The notes under the pieces: model-generated
Told to the model about the DNA's origin: nothing
Seen by the model: the letters and a program-made list of their open reading frames with translations, nothing else
Databases searched by the model: none
Translations under genes and position numbers: made by a program
In this document: in pieces, positions 24,263 to 37,644 of the stretch
How the letters are laid out: the number at the start of each line of letters is the position of its first letter
Position numbering within the stretch: position 1 is the first letter of the stretch
NCBI RefSeq assembly: GCF_963921235.1
Contig: NC_086097.1
Coordinates: 77,378,001-77,442,000 of the forward strand
DNA from: Mobula hypostoma
Lineage: Eukaryota
Length of the DNA: 64,000 bases
Direction: 5' to 3'

Positions 24263-25394
24263 AAGTATGGAAGTGAAGAATTTAGACCAACACTTAATTA
24301 GACAAGGTATAGAATTATATGGGTTTAATGTGAGAAAAATAAGATTTGTGTAGGTGGGCATGGACGTGATAGGACAATGGGTTACTTCTGTGCTCTACAG
24401 ATCTATAATTTAATAAATTACAATGATTTATTGGAGTCCTGCATGGTTCATGTGGATGCTTCAAATGTCTTAGAGAAAAGTGATAATAAATTTGCTATGA
24501 AGAATATTTGCAACATCTGGATTTTACCTTTCATTCCAACTAACTATCTTGCACTGGGTGGAAGGAGTTAAAAATGTTACTTATATCTTTCAAATCTAGT
24601 TTAGACTGAAAGGAGGTACAGCATTTATTTTCATGATTCACTTGCGTGAATGTTTTTAACCAGAGTTATCCATTCGTTTAGATATGATCAAGATAAATGT
24701 GCCTGTGATAGCCCAGACAAGTTACAAGATGATCAGATACAAAGGTAAAGGTTCAGAAAATGAGTCAACGTTTTTATTTAAAGTAATTCACATTAAACAT
24801 ACATGTTATACTAAACATAATACTGCATATATTTCTGCATTTTCTTAAGGGGAGTTTAGCAAAGTGCTCAGATTAATTCCCTTGTGTCTGACTTGACACT
24901 CAGCTGAAAAATCAGATCTAACCGAAAGCTGAGTTTGTTAACTGCATGATAACACATATAACTTGAAAAACCTCCTTCACACTCAGAAGAAGTGCACTTG
25001 TAAGAAGGTGCCTGTGTAATTCAGTACACGGTATATATTTGGTAAGTTTAATCAGTTTTGCAAAGATTGGGTGTTGATGTTGGAAACTGTTTCAGTGCTG
25101 ACTGATGGTTTCATTCAAGGACAGAAAAGAAAAAAGTTGATTTTAGACTACTTTTTAAGTAAATATAAATGTGTCTAAAGTTATTTTGATTCCAAAGATC
25201 TACATAGCCCCATTTATACTGGGGCCTGCAGCTGTTCCATTCCAAACTGTGCCAAATCATATCCAGTGCCACTTCTAGCTGACCTATGAGCACTGCAATA
25301 TACAGCACCAGGATAGGCTGCACTGTGGGGTGGGCAGGGAATTCAAACAAGTTCATGTCTTTATTCATTTATATAGGGTATCAATCATGGCTTA

Positions 25395-25612
25395 CTTCAC
25401 AGTACACTTGCCTCCAGCTCACGCAGGCTGTAGGTTTGAATCTCACTGCAGCAACTTGAACATAAACAACAAGAATGATGTTCAGTCTTGTTTTGAGGAA
25501 AGGATGGGCTATTGGAACTTTCATTTGGCAAAAAATTAAAAGGAAGGCTCCATCATCCCTGTCAGGTGGAAGTTCTGGAAGAGCTGCTGTTCTTTTGCTC
25601 TAGGATATTAGT
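25395..25612 (+). mobile_element. Ancient DeuSINE-like relic
   Basis: ggtttgaatctcac B-box-like head and a ctgtcaggtggaag..gaagagc segment resembling the Deu domain as I recall it; heavily diverged. Confidence 0.35.
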
Positions 25613-28600
25613 GATTCAATTGGATTTTCATGATCAACATAGTTGCTACTTTTGGATCCAGAGTTCATTTAATTTAAATAAAATTATTTTTTGTGAAATT
25701 TATTAGGAGGTTCATAAAGAGGTAAACAATAGGCGGAGTCTTTAGACAATAGGGTCTGCAAAGATCCTTGAAAGGAAAATAAATAACAATGTGGGTGCAC
25801 AACAGCAACCAGATCTTCTTGTAAATGAACACAGAGCGAAGTAGAGAGATCCAGGTCCCAGGCATCAGCCAAGTGGAGAAATAAGAAGAAGGTTTTACAT
25901 GTTTTAATGTATGCATTGTCTTCTTTATCAATTCATTGAGTATGGTTAAGTGGAAATGAAAACAAACAATTTGGGAAGAGAGCTGAACTCTAGACATTTT
26001 AATTCTGTTTTTGTTTTTGTCAGTTTTAGCCTTCTGATGGAATGTTGCTGATTCAGGAAGTATGATCCCAGCAATAAATGTAGAAGAAAAAATCTGTAAG
26101 CCTTGTCCTTAGAGGGCTAGTTGAAATGTATGTATGAAGTGATGTGATTTCACCATAAATTGATTCATTTGTGCTGTGATTTTAATTGGGTTTTGATTCG
26201 ATAGCCACCAAAGTGAGATACGTCAAACTGTCTTTGGGAATCTAGGCATTGGACTGCTTATTTGGCATGGAGCTATCGTGGTAATAGAGATGACAAATGT
26301 GGACTTTATATTTCCATAGTGGCTAATCTGAATTCCTATAGTAGCTTTCACAGGAGAACAAAAACCCAAGAAGATTGACTGAAACTTGTCATTTCCTGCT
26401 GAAATTACGGTGCGTTCTTTTGCTCCCTTTGCAAGCCTAGAACCATGGACTTTATTTCCAACCAAATGTCAGGGAAGTGTTAAAACTGGAAGGTTTATGT
26501 ACTTATCACAAGAGCAAAACTGTTCAATAATCTGCCATCTCATCTTACTGTATTCTTTCTCCTGCTTTAAGAGGGTTGAAAATGAAATCTTAGAATATCT
26601 ACACATCAACATCTTTTTCTTTTTCTGTCATGTGTTTCTAATAGACACTTAATTACATTACTTGCTTTTTAAATTGATCAGAAATCATTACAGAGTCATG
26701 ACAGATAATTTCATACAAAGCTGGGTGAATGTAACTTTCATGGCAAAGGACTGAAACAGCAGGAAAGCAACTATCAAAACTGTGAAACACTTGTCCTGGG
26801 ACCCATTTGTTCATGAATGGAACACGTACTGAACTTAACACCTCCGCTTCTCTTTTGCTCCTCTGGAGCTTGCAAATAGGTAAATGTTTCAGTTTAAGTT
26901 ATTAACACAGCTGTTTTAGTGGGTTCATTTAAAAAATATGCATGCTGTTCTCCTTTGGCAGTTTCGATTTTCTCTATCAGAAGAAAACAGTCCACTCCTA
27001 ATGAATGCTATTGAATACTTGTGCTTAATCTATAATGTGCTTTCATACAGGGCATGCCAGAATAAATATGCCAGGCACTAATTCAATTTAGACACAAAAC
27101 TCATCTGTAATTTGGGAACTTTAGTCCATTTAACCCTGAGGCAAAGTTGCAGCACAAACTGTTTTCCAGGAATTTGCTGTGAAGAACTTAATCCAAAGGA
27201 ATAATTCTTCATTTGGAAGAGTTTATCGGTGAAGGAAAGGCAGTTTACTCAGCGATAAATGATGGACAATTTTTTTTTTTCGTTTCCCACAAGGGATGTA
27301 CAGATTATGCTTGGATTTAAATGTATTTTTACTTGAGACTGGAAGTGTCTGCTTTTCACTGTGGATTTTTGTTCCACCTACGAGGTTCCTTCTAGTCTGA
27401 CCAAGCATTAAATATCCCTAAATGAAGTCACAGAGAATATATCAACAGTGCTATTTTCTAAAGAAATTAATATCCTACCTCAAGGATAACGAAGTGGTTT
27501 TGGCACATATTTTAATGTCTCTATCTTTCAATGCTCAATGCCTTTTCAAAGTATTGATCAATGTGAACGAGTCCAGATTCATCGGCTGAAAGCAAACAGT
27601 GGCTGGTAATCATATCTGGGCTTCCTTGCCCTGACGCCATGGGACTACAAGGGGTGTCAATCCAGTGGTGAGGGCTCCTGGGGCTACTCTTCCTTGCTTG
27701 TACTGCACTGCCATCGCTTACTGCTTGAGTGAACTTAGTTGTGGAATGGCGTTTACTTCTATTGTCCCATCTGTCCCATGGTTTGGTTTGAGTCCAGCAA
27801 GAGGTGAGCTGAGGTGCAGCATTGCAATGAGAGAAACTGAAAAGAATATGGGGTAACGACATAGCCTTGCTGAATGTGGAATCTGACGTGGATCATTGCT
27901 TGCTTACCATCATGAAATAGCCAAAGTTGAGAAGAACACTTTACAATCCCTCTCAACCACCAGTCATATGTTTTGTAAGGTCAAAAAAAGGTCATGGTTG
28001 ATGCTACTCTGTGTACTTCTCTGAACAGTGTCATGCAGTGCAGATCATATCTACCCTACCCCTGGGGGGCAGGGGGAGGGGAATATAATTCATAGTGATC
28101 CAGGGAATAGCTCTTCAGATATTGGCACAAGGCAGTTGAGGAGGAGCCTAGTGATAACTTTCTTTGTGGTAGATGGTAGTGAGGCCCCTCAGGATAAACA
28201 AAAAGGTAAGGGTGTACAAGGTGAGTTAATAATAATGAGGAAAGGAACATCCTAGGCTGGATCTCCCTCTGTGGATTTTATACTAGACCTGCTTCCCACA
28301 GACTGCCAGAGCACTCTGACTAGGTCAAAGCCCGTTGCTGAGAAAATACTGCGATGAGAGGGTGGCACTTTCCCAGGTGTAGAGATCAAGGGAGTGTCTG
28401 TGGATAGCTGGTGGTTGTGGGGGCAGTGTTGTAGAATGGAAGAGAGGTGCAGAGAGAGAGCAGAGCCAGAGGGAGAAGAGGGACAGGTGTGGAGGAGGAA
28501 AGAAGGGACCAAACATCAGATCAGAGTACATCAAGACTGGCTGTTGTAAGGGTTGGAGGAGTCAGAAGGTAAACGGGAAAAGGTCAGAGAGACACGAAGT

Positions 28601-28689
28601 ACAGATTCAGGGACAGGGAGAGCTAAGGATGAGAGAGATCCAAGAGGAGACAAGGGAGGATTGCAAAGAGGAGACAATGTACAAGCGCA

Positions 28690-29100
28690 TCAGTTGGGTT
28701 GAGTTGTTCTTCGATCTTGGCAATTTACTTGCAAATGTTACGCCACCATGTGAGGAGACATTGTCAGCGCATTGTTGATTGTGGTGTGTTCTCTGTATGC
28801 TTGGCCTCTATATACTTTTCAATCAGCTGTTTGGATGTCATTTTGGAAACTCAGTTGTGAATAGGGGAAGAAATCTCATCACTGATTGGCTATGTGGTGA
28901 ACCTCATGTGTTGTGGTCTGGAATTTCGACTGCATCAGCTCATAAATATGATTGTGGTCTACGTGTTTGTATACAGAATTGTTTGTGGAAAACCACGCTT
29001 CAGAGAACTCTCTTGCATACCTTGTGTTCACTTGCGCCATGACTTTCACTGATGACCAGCCAATTTGTGTCCCTCTCAATCTTCATGGGCAGATGGTGCC
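28690..29100 (-). mobile_element. Poseidon-type Penelope-like element 3' relic (endonuclease C-terminus plus terminal repeat with decayed hammerhead)
   Basis: ORF 28879-29079 WSSVKVMAQ..AREFSEAWFSTNNSVYKHVD matches the Poseidon C-terminal pattern; downstream gctgacaatgtctcc..ggtggcgtaacatttgc is a decayed CTGATGA..GAAAC core. Confidence 0.65.
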
Positions 29101-29228
29101 AAATGGAGGTCTTTTCAAGCTCATCTGTGAAAACAGCTTAAATTCCTCTCTTTAATGTCTCTTTTTTCCCTTTTCAAGGTGGCTGAGGTTCTATTGAAGT
29201 CCCTGATCTGCAACAGCACTCAAACTGG

Positions 29229-29858
29229 TGTAGCCCCCCCGGCCACCCTCAGGGTCGCTCGGCTCGCTGTCGTCTAGGGAAACAGCCTCGGCCCCGGCAA
29301 ATTGGATAATTCATTTATGTGGATGCTGTGTGAGGTACCCCACCCCGCCCAAATAACAGACAATACACCAGATGCAATTAAATGATTTACAGTTTATAGA
29401 TATTGCTGGAACTATATAATTAAGAGAGAATAAAATATAAAAGGAAAATAAAAGGCGCCACACTTATCAAAGTTCAATCTCTTCGTGCACAACGCCTGGG
29501 ACCAACAATGGTGGTCGACCAGACGCTCCACACGAGTCCGTCTCCGTCTCCTCGCCGAACGCCCTCCTCAGGGTCCGACCCCGTTAGTGGACATCACAGC
29601 ACATTGTCCATCCTCTGCATTGCTCTCCCGCCTTCTGCCCCAAAACCCCGCGCATACAGTATCTTCAATTACACCAAAGCCATAACAATTATCCCAATTG
29701 GTTAATAGCACCCTCTTATCACCCTCTAAACCAAAACAAGCTGCTAGCACAAACTTTCTCAGCATTTAACACAACAAAGCCACATTCCCCACATTAACAT
29801 AACAGAGACGCCATTTTAATTAGCCTCCACAGTAATATAAAAGTCAAAACCCCTTACA
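29229..29858. mobile_element. Solo LTR (630 bp), Gypsy-like
   Basis: TGTA...TACA termini; 4-bp TSD CTGG/TTGG (one mismatch); CpG-rich relative to flanks. Confidence 0.75.
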
Positions 29859-30311
29859 TTGGCAAGGAGCTTCATGGAGCTCATCTGCTTACTGGCCATT
29901 CTCCGATACTCCGCAGGCACAGCATGGAAAACAGCGGTGTGTGGCCATGTGGATGACTGATTCCAGGCTGGTCCACCGACTGAGGCATCACAGGAGAAGG
30001 AACGTCAGTATTTTATGGCAGCAAATGCTGCATACGGATGTTTTTGTACTCGAGCAATCACTCCCTTCCTCTCTTTCTCTCGATGAGAGGGAGAGTTTGC
30101 TGCTGATTCTTGAACTGAAGAATCTCAGAATAAAAAGCAACGCAGCAGACTCTGACGTCATAACAGCGACTGTTTGTTAGTCTCCCCTTTCGCTGTGAAA
30201 TGAGTCCCTTGTTAGTGGGAGAGAGAGCCTGTGGCATGCTGCACTTTTTGTTGACTGCAGTTCCTGGTCTCTGTTTGGAGGCTTTGCTGTTGCTTGGTGG
30301 GCGGTGAGTGC

Positions 30312-30735
30312 TGACGCTTTCTGCTGCACTGAGTGGAGGAGGGTGAGGACATTGACGCTTTCTGATGCACTGAGTGGAGGAGGGTGAGGACATTGACGCT
30401 TTCTGATGAAATGGGTGGAATGGGAGGGAGGACATTGACGCTTTCTGCTGCACTGAGTGGAGGAGGGTGAGGACATTGACGCTTTCTGATGCACTGAGTG
30501 GAGGAGGGTTCGGACATTGACGCTTTCTGCTGCATTGAGTGGAGGAGGGTGAGGACATTGACGCTTTCTGCTGCATTGAGTGGAGGAGGGTGAGGACATT
30601 GACGCTTTCTGCTGAAATGGGTGGAGCAGGAGGGAGGACGTTTGATGCTTTTTGATAAAATGGGTGGAGCGGGAGTGAGGATGTTGACGTTTTTTGGAAA
30701 TGGGTGGACGGGAAGGGAGGATGTTAATGCTTTGC
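30312..30735 (+). repeat. 41-bp minisatellite (about 10 units) inside a LINE-like 3' UTR
   Basis: Unit TGACGCTTTCTGCTGCACTGAGTGGAGGAGGGTGAGGACAT; starts at 30312, 30353, 30394 and onward. Confidence 0.92.
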
Positions 30736-31940
30736 TCCTGCTTGTGCTTGGGAGAGGGGGCTTTGGGTTCTAATATTTTTCTGTCATTTATTCTTTTGGG
30801 GTTCTTCTGGTTTTGTGGATGTCTGCAAAGAGCAAGAATTTCAGGTTGTATGTATACATTCTCTGATAATAAATGGAACTATATGAACCACTTGGACTAT
30901 TTGAATGAGAAGAGTTGGTCATGCTGCTTTACAGCCAGTTGATGTTCATGGATTGTTGTTGTTGGTTTTCTCCCAGTCTGGCTAATTGCAATATTTGCTG
31001 CAGTCCCTGCATCGGATTTTTCTTGTCTAATAAAATCATGGAATGATGTACTGTTGAGGAAGTCTCCCATTCCCCCCTGAAGAGCAGATACTCTAAATGG
31101 CTGTAGCTGTTGTGATGAAAACTCTAACCAGGGTCAACCCTTGTAAAGTCGCGGGGCCTGATAACATACTTGGTCAGGTGCTGAGGGACTGTGCGGCCCA
31201 CTTAACTGAGGTTCTAACAGATATCTTCAATATTTCTCTGGAACAGTCCTCTGTCCCCTCAGACTTCAAGGAGACCACCATCATCCCAATGTGACAGTAA
31301 CCTACCTCAACAACTACTGTCCAGTGGCACTGACCTCAACAATAATGAAGTGCTTTGAGAGACTGGATTACATCCCTCCTTCCTGCTGGATTAGAGCCTT
31401 TCCAGTTTGCTTATTGCTCAAATGGGTCCAGTTGATGATGACTTAACCGCTACACTCCATTCTTTGTCCCACCTAAAAATGGTGGCTAATATAGTCTATT
31501 GACTTCAGTTTGTCCTTCACTATGACCATATCTCAATTTGAACTGTATAAGCTGTCTTCATTGGGTCTCAACACCTCTCTCTGTAAATGGATCCAGGACC
31601 CGTTGACAGAAAGGTCATAGTCAGTCTGTGTTTACAGAAACATCTCTAGCTCCATCACGCCAAGATCTGGTGCTCCCCAGGGCTGTTCATGCTGCTGACG
31701 CATGACTGCACTGCTGGATTCAGTTCAAACCGAATTATCAAGTTTGGGGACACAACAGTGGTTGGTCTCATCAACCCTGATGCTGAGGTGGTGTATAGGG
31801 AGGAGGTCGAGCAGCTGGTAGAATGGTGTGAGGACAACAATTTGAGTCTCGCTGTGGACAAGACCACAGAGATGATTGTGGACTTTAGGAAGGTGCAGAC
31901 TGACCACTCCACTCGGCACATATATAGTTCCTCCATGAAG

Positions 31941-33115
31941 TGTCATAAGATGGTGGCTGGGAACGGACCCAAGTGCAAGACACAGACACTGAAGGACTAG
32001 GGACAACACTAGAATACAGGGTGAGAGCAAGGACATGGACACGAAAACCGGGAACCCAGAACAGGATTGGACAAGAGAGCTAGGAGCCCTGGCTTGGACT
32101 CCGAGCCAGAGACTGGACAAGGACCCAGTACCTGGGTCTTGCCTCTGACTCGGACCCCAGAACTAGGCAAGGACAAGGCTTGGCAGGCAGGCAGGACGAG
32201 ACTGGAGTCTTCAGGCTTGAGGCTAGAGGCGAAGCTTGGCAGGAGGCAGGAGGCTGGAGTCTTCAGGCTTGAGGCTAGAGGCTAGAGACTTGAGGTGAGG
32301 CTTGGCAGGAGGCTAGAGGTTAGAGACGAGGCGAGGCTTGGCAGGAGGTAGGAGGCTGGAGTTCAGGCTTGAGGCTAGGCAGGAGGCTGGAGTCTTCAGG
32401 TTTGAGGCTAGGCAGGAGGCTGGAGTCTTCAGGTTTGAGGCTAGGCAGGAGGCTGGAGTCTTCAGGCTTGAGTCTAGGCAGGAGGCTGGAGTCTTCAGGC
32501 TTGAGGCTAGGCAGGAGGCTGGAGTCTTCAGGCTTGAGGCTAGGCAAGCTCCTCCTGGGCAGGGCATGGATCACCACCCGATGGAGGCACGGAACAGGAA
32601 GGGACAGAACCAACCGCAGGTAACGGCAAGACGGCCTGGCTTACCCGACAGAGGCAAGGGACAGGAAGGGACAGAACCAACCGCAGGTAACAGCAAGATG
32701 GCCTGACTTACCTGGGCAGAGGCAAGGGACAGGAAGGGAGCTAGGTACAGGGTGGCTCCAGGACAAGACTGCAGGTGAGACGAGGCGAGAGTTACCAGCA
32801 AGACAAAGCAAGGCTTCAGGCAATGCAAGGCGAGACGAGAACTTCTGGCGAGGCGAGAGTTACCGGCAAGACAAGGCAGGGCTTCAGGTAAGAAAACAGA
32901 AGGGAGAGGAAGGGATACAAGGAGTAAGGACAAGAACAATCCAGCAGCCATGCCTGGGTCTCTGGAGGTATTTATGCAGCCAGCCCCAATGAGATTCAGT
33001 TGACTCAGTTAGAGTTCAACAAGAACAGAAACAGGATAGACAGGAAAACCTGGAGCAAGGGTCGATGGACCAGACCGTGAACCAGAATACGGACTTCACG
33101 GACCGGACCATGACA
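31941..33115. mobile_element. Solo LTR (1175 bp) with internal tandem repeats, Gypsy-like
   Basis: TGTCAT...ATGACA termini; 5-bp TSD TGAAG/TGGAG (one mismatch); interrupts the Rex1 RT. Confidence 0.8.
32195..32545 (+). repeat. 33-bp minisatellite within the LTR
   Basis: Unit GAGGCTAGGCAGGAGGCTGGAGTCTTCAGGCTT; about 5 near-perfect units at 32371-32545 plus degenerate units upstream. Confidence 0.9.
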
Positions 33116-33799
33116 TGGAGAGAGTTAGGAGCACCAATTCCTGAGGAGATTGAGATGAGTGAGGCTTCTCTTCACCCCCTATTTTAACCAATTTTTACAG
33201 CAGCATTCCTGAGAGTGTCCTGATCAGCTGCCTCACCATCTGGTATGGGAATTGCAAGGTATCCGTATCAGAATCAGAATTAGAATCAGGTTTATTGTCA
33301 CCAGCATGTGCTGTGAAATGTGTTAACTTAGCAGCAGCATTCAATGCAATACATAATATTAAAGAAGGAAATAGATAAATAAATAAATAATCAGTTACAG
33401 TATATGTATATTGGAGATTACAAATCGTGCAAAAAGATAAATAATATACATTGAAAAAGTGAGGTAGTGTTCACGGGTTCAATGACCATTTAGGAATCAG
33501 ATGGCAGAGGGGAAGAAGCTGTTCCTGGATTGCTGAGTGTGTGCCTTCAGGCTTCTGTACCTCCTGCCTGATGGTGACAGTGAGGAAAGGACATGCCCTG
33601 CGTGCTGGAGGTCCTTGATAATGGACGCTGCCTTCCTGAGACACTGTTCCTTGAAGATGTTCTGGGTACTTTGTAGGCTAGTACCCAAGATGGAGCCATA
33701 TAACATATAACAATTACAGCACGGAAACAGGCCATCTTGGCCCTTCTAGTTCGTGCCGAACTCTTACTCTCACCTAGTCCCACCGACCTGCACTCAGCC

Positions 33800-36682
33800 C
33801 ATAACCCTCCATTCCTTTCCTGTCCATATAGCTGTCCAGTTTAACTTTAAACGACAACATCGAACCTGCCTCAACCACTTCTGCTGGAAGCTCGTTCCAC
33901 ACAGCCACCACTCTCTGAGGCTAAAAAAGTTCCCCCTCATGTTACCCCTAAACTTTTAGCCTTTAACTCTCAACTCATGTCCTCTTGTTTGAATCTCTCC
34001 TACTCTCAATGGAACAAGCCTATCCACGTCAACTCTATCTATCCCTCTCATAATCATAAATACCTCTATCAAGTCCTCCCCCAACCTTCTACGTTCCAAA
34101 GAATAAAGATCCAACTTGTTCAACCTTTCTCTGTAACTTAGGTGATGAAACCCAGGTAACATTCTAGTAAACCTTCTCTGTACTCTCTCTATTTTGTTGA
34201 CATCTTTCCTATAATTCGGTGATCAAAACTGTACACAATACTCCAAATTTGGCCTCACCAATGCCTTGTACAATTTCAATATTACATCCCAACTCCTATA
34301 CTCAATGCTCTGATTTATGAAGGCCAGCATACCAAAAGCTTTCTTCACCATCCTGTCCACATGAGATTCCACCTTCAGAGAACTATGCACCATTATTCCT
34401 AGATCCCTCTGTTCTACTACATTCTTCAATGCCCTACCATATACTATGTAGGTCCTATTTTGATTAGTCCTACCAAAGTGTAGCACCTCACATTTTTCAG
34501 CATTAAACTCCATCTGCCATCTTTCAGCCCACTCTTCTAACTGGCCTAAATCTCTCTGCAAGCTTTGAAAACCTACCTCATTATCCACAACTCCACCTAT
34601 CTTAGTATCATCTGCATACTTACTCATCCAATTTACCACCCCATCATCCAGATCATTAATGTATATGACAAATAACATTGGACCCAGTACAGATTCCTGA
34701 GGCACACCACTAGTCACTGGCCTCCAATCTGACACCACTACTCTCTGGCATCTCCCATCCAGCCACTGCTGAATCCATTTTACTACTTCAATATTGATAC
34801 CTAACGATTGAACCTTCCTAACCAACCTTCTGTGTGGGACCTTGTCAAAGGCCTTACTGAAGTCCACATAGACAACATCCACCACTTTACCCTCGTCAAA
34901 AAATTCCTAGTAACCTTTTCAAAAAATTCAATAAGATTAGTCAAACATGACCTTCCACGCACAAATCCATGTTGACTGTTCCTGATCAGACCCTGTCTAT
35001 CCAGATAATTATATATACCATCTCTAAGAATACTTTCCATCAATTTACCCACCACTGACGTCAAACCCACGGGCCGATAATTGCTAGGTTTCCTCTTAGA
35101 ACCCCTTTTAAACAATGGAACCACATGAGCAATACACCAATCCTCCGGCACCATCCCCATTTCTAATAACATTTGAAATATTTCTGTCAGAGCCCCTGCT
35201 ATTTCCACACTAACTTCCCTCAGTGTCCTACGGAATATCCTGTCAGGACCCAGAGACTTATCCAATTTTATATTCCTTAAAAGCACCAGTACTTCCTCTT
35301 CTTTATTCATCATAGTTTCCATAACTTTCCTACCTGTTTCCCTTATCTTACACAATTCAATATCCTTCTCCTTAGTGAATACCGAAGAAAAGAAATTGTT
35401 AAGGATCTCCCCCATCTCTTTTGGCTCCACACATAGCCGTCCTCTCTGATTCTCTAAGGGACCAATATTATCCCTCACTATCCTTTTGCGATTTATATAA
35501 CGGTAGAAACCCTTTGGATTTATTTTCACCTTACTTGCCAAAGCAACCTCATATCTTCTTTTAGCTTTACTAATTTCTTTCTTAAGGCTCTTTTTACATC
35601 CTTTATATTCCTCGAGCACCTCATTCACCCCATGCTGTCTATATTTCGTTCTTCAGAGATCTCTCTGTTTTTCCGAACAAAGTTTCCAATATCCCTTGAA
35701 AACCATGGCTCTCTCAAACTTTTAACCTTTCCTTTCAACCTAACAGGAACATAAAGATTCTGTACTCTCAAAATTTCACCTTTAAATGACCTCCATTTCT
35801 CTATTATATCTTTCCCATAAAACAAATTATCCCAATCCACTCCTTCTAAATCCTTTCGCATTTCCTCATAGTTAGCCTTTCTCCAATCAAAAATCTCAAC
35901 CCTGGGTCCAGATCTATCCTTCTCCATAATTATATTGAAACTAATAGCATTGTGATCACTGGACCCGAAGTGCTCCCCAACACAAATCTCTGTCACCTGA
36001 CCTATCCCATTCCCTAACAGGGGATCCAACACTGCCCCTTCTCTCATTGGTACCTCTATGTATTTCTGCAAAAAACTATCTTGCACACATTTTACATACT
36101 CCAAACCATCCAGCCCTTTTACAGTATGGGCTTCCCAGTCTATGTGTGGAAAATTAAAATCTCCCACAATCACAACCTTGTGCCTACTACTAATATCTGC
36201 TATCTCCTTACAAATTTGCTCCTCCAATTCTCGCTCCCCATTTGGTGGTCTATAATACACCCCAATAAGAGTTACTGCACCTCTCCCATTCCTCAGTTCC
36301 ACTCAAATAGCCTCCCTAGATGAGCCCTCTAATCTATCCTGCCAGAGCACCGCTGTTATATTTTCTCTGACAAGCAATGCAACACCTCCCCCTCTTGTCC
36401 CTCCAATTCTATCACACCTGAAGCAATTAAATCCAGAATATTTAGTTGCCAATCACACCCCTCCTGTAACCATGTTTCACTAATAGCTACCAGATCATAC
36501 TTCCAGGTATCAATCCATGCTTTAAGCTCATCCACCTTTCTTACAATGCTCCCAGCATTAAAATAAATGCATTTAAGAAATTTTCCACCTCTTACTCTCT
36601 GTTTATCACTAACTGTGCAAACAATTTTAGTATTTTCTTTTTCTTCCTTCTTCCCTACATCTGTTCCTACACTCTGGTTCAC
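33800..36682 (-). pseudogene. CR1 ORF2 (APE endonuclease-reverse transcriptase), frameshifted
   Basis: Pieces 36356-36682, 35625-36302 (GDFN, SDH), 34801-35628, 34223-34885 (DFSKAFD, KYADD), 33956-34162. Confidence 0.93.
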
Positions 36683-36696
36683 CTCCCCCCTCGTAT

Positions 36697-37644
36697 CTAG
36701 TTTAAATCCACCGGAGCCTCTCTAGCAAATCTACCCGCAAGAATATTTGTCCCCCTCCAGTTCAGATGTAGACCGTCCTGCCAGAACAGGTCCCACCTTC
36801 TCTGGAAAATTGCCCAATTATCTACTTTGTATAAATCTGAAGCCCTCCCTCCTGCACCATGCCTTCAGCCAAGTGTTGATCTGCACTATCTTGCTATTTC
36901 TAAACCCGCCTGCACGTGGCACTGGTAGCAATCCTGAGATTGCTATCCTGGAGGTCCTGTCCTTTAACTTGGCGCCTATCTCCCTAAACTCACCTTTCAG
37001 GATCTCCACACTCTTCCTACCCACGTCATTGGTCCTTACATGGACCACGACATCCGGCTGCTCACCCTCCCTCTTGAGAATACCGAGAACTCGATCCGAG
37101 ATATCCGGACCTTGGCACCAGGGAGGCAACAGACCATGCTGGATTCTGGATCTCTTCCACAAAACCTCTTATCTGTTCCCCTAACTATCAAATCCCCTAT
37201 CACTACTGCTCTCCTCTTTTCCCTCCTTCCCTTCTGAGCTGAGGGTCCCATCTCGGTGCCAGAGACGCAACCACTGCAACTTGTCCCTGATAGATCGTCC
37301 CCATCAACAGTATCCAAAGCGATATACTTATTATTGGTGGGAACGGCCACAGGGGTGCTCTGCTCATTCTGTCTATTCCCCTTCCCTCTCCTGACAGTCA
37401 CCCAGCTGCCTGTCTCCTGACTCTTAGGGGTGACTATCTCCCTGTAACTCCTGTTTATTTCTGCCTCTGCCTCCCGAATGATCTGAAGTTCATCCAGCTC
37501 CAGCTCCAGTTCCCTAACTCGGTTTGTCAGGAGCTGCAGCTGGATGCACCTTTCGCAGGTGTAGTCATCAGGGACAATTGTGCTCGCCCTGACTTCCCAC
37601 ATACTGCAAACAGAGCACTCAACTGCCCTAACTGCTGCCTCCAT
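36697..37644 (-). pseudogene. CR1 ORF1 (CxxC..CxxC zinc finger, leucine zipper, SGNH esterase), frameshifted
   Basis: CSVC..CERC, RVRELELELDEL, AVVIGDLIVRG, VVVHVRTNDVG. Confidence 0.9.

Noticed and set aside
30058..30599. Repetitive Cys/Pro/Ser-rich ORFs and a CRISPR-like look
   Set aside because: Translations of a 41-bp tandem repeat; no unique spacers, no cas genes, eukaryotic context
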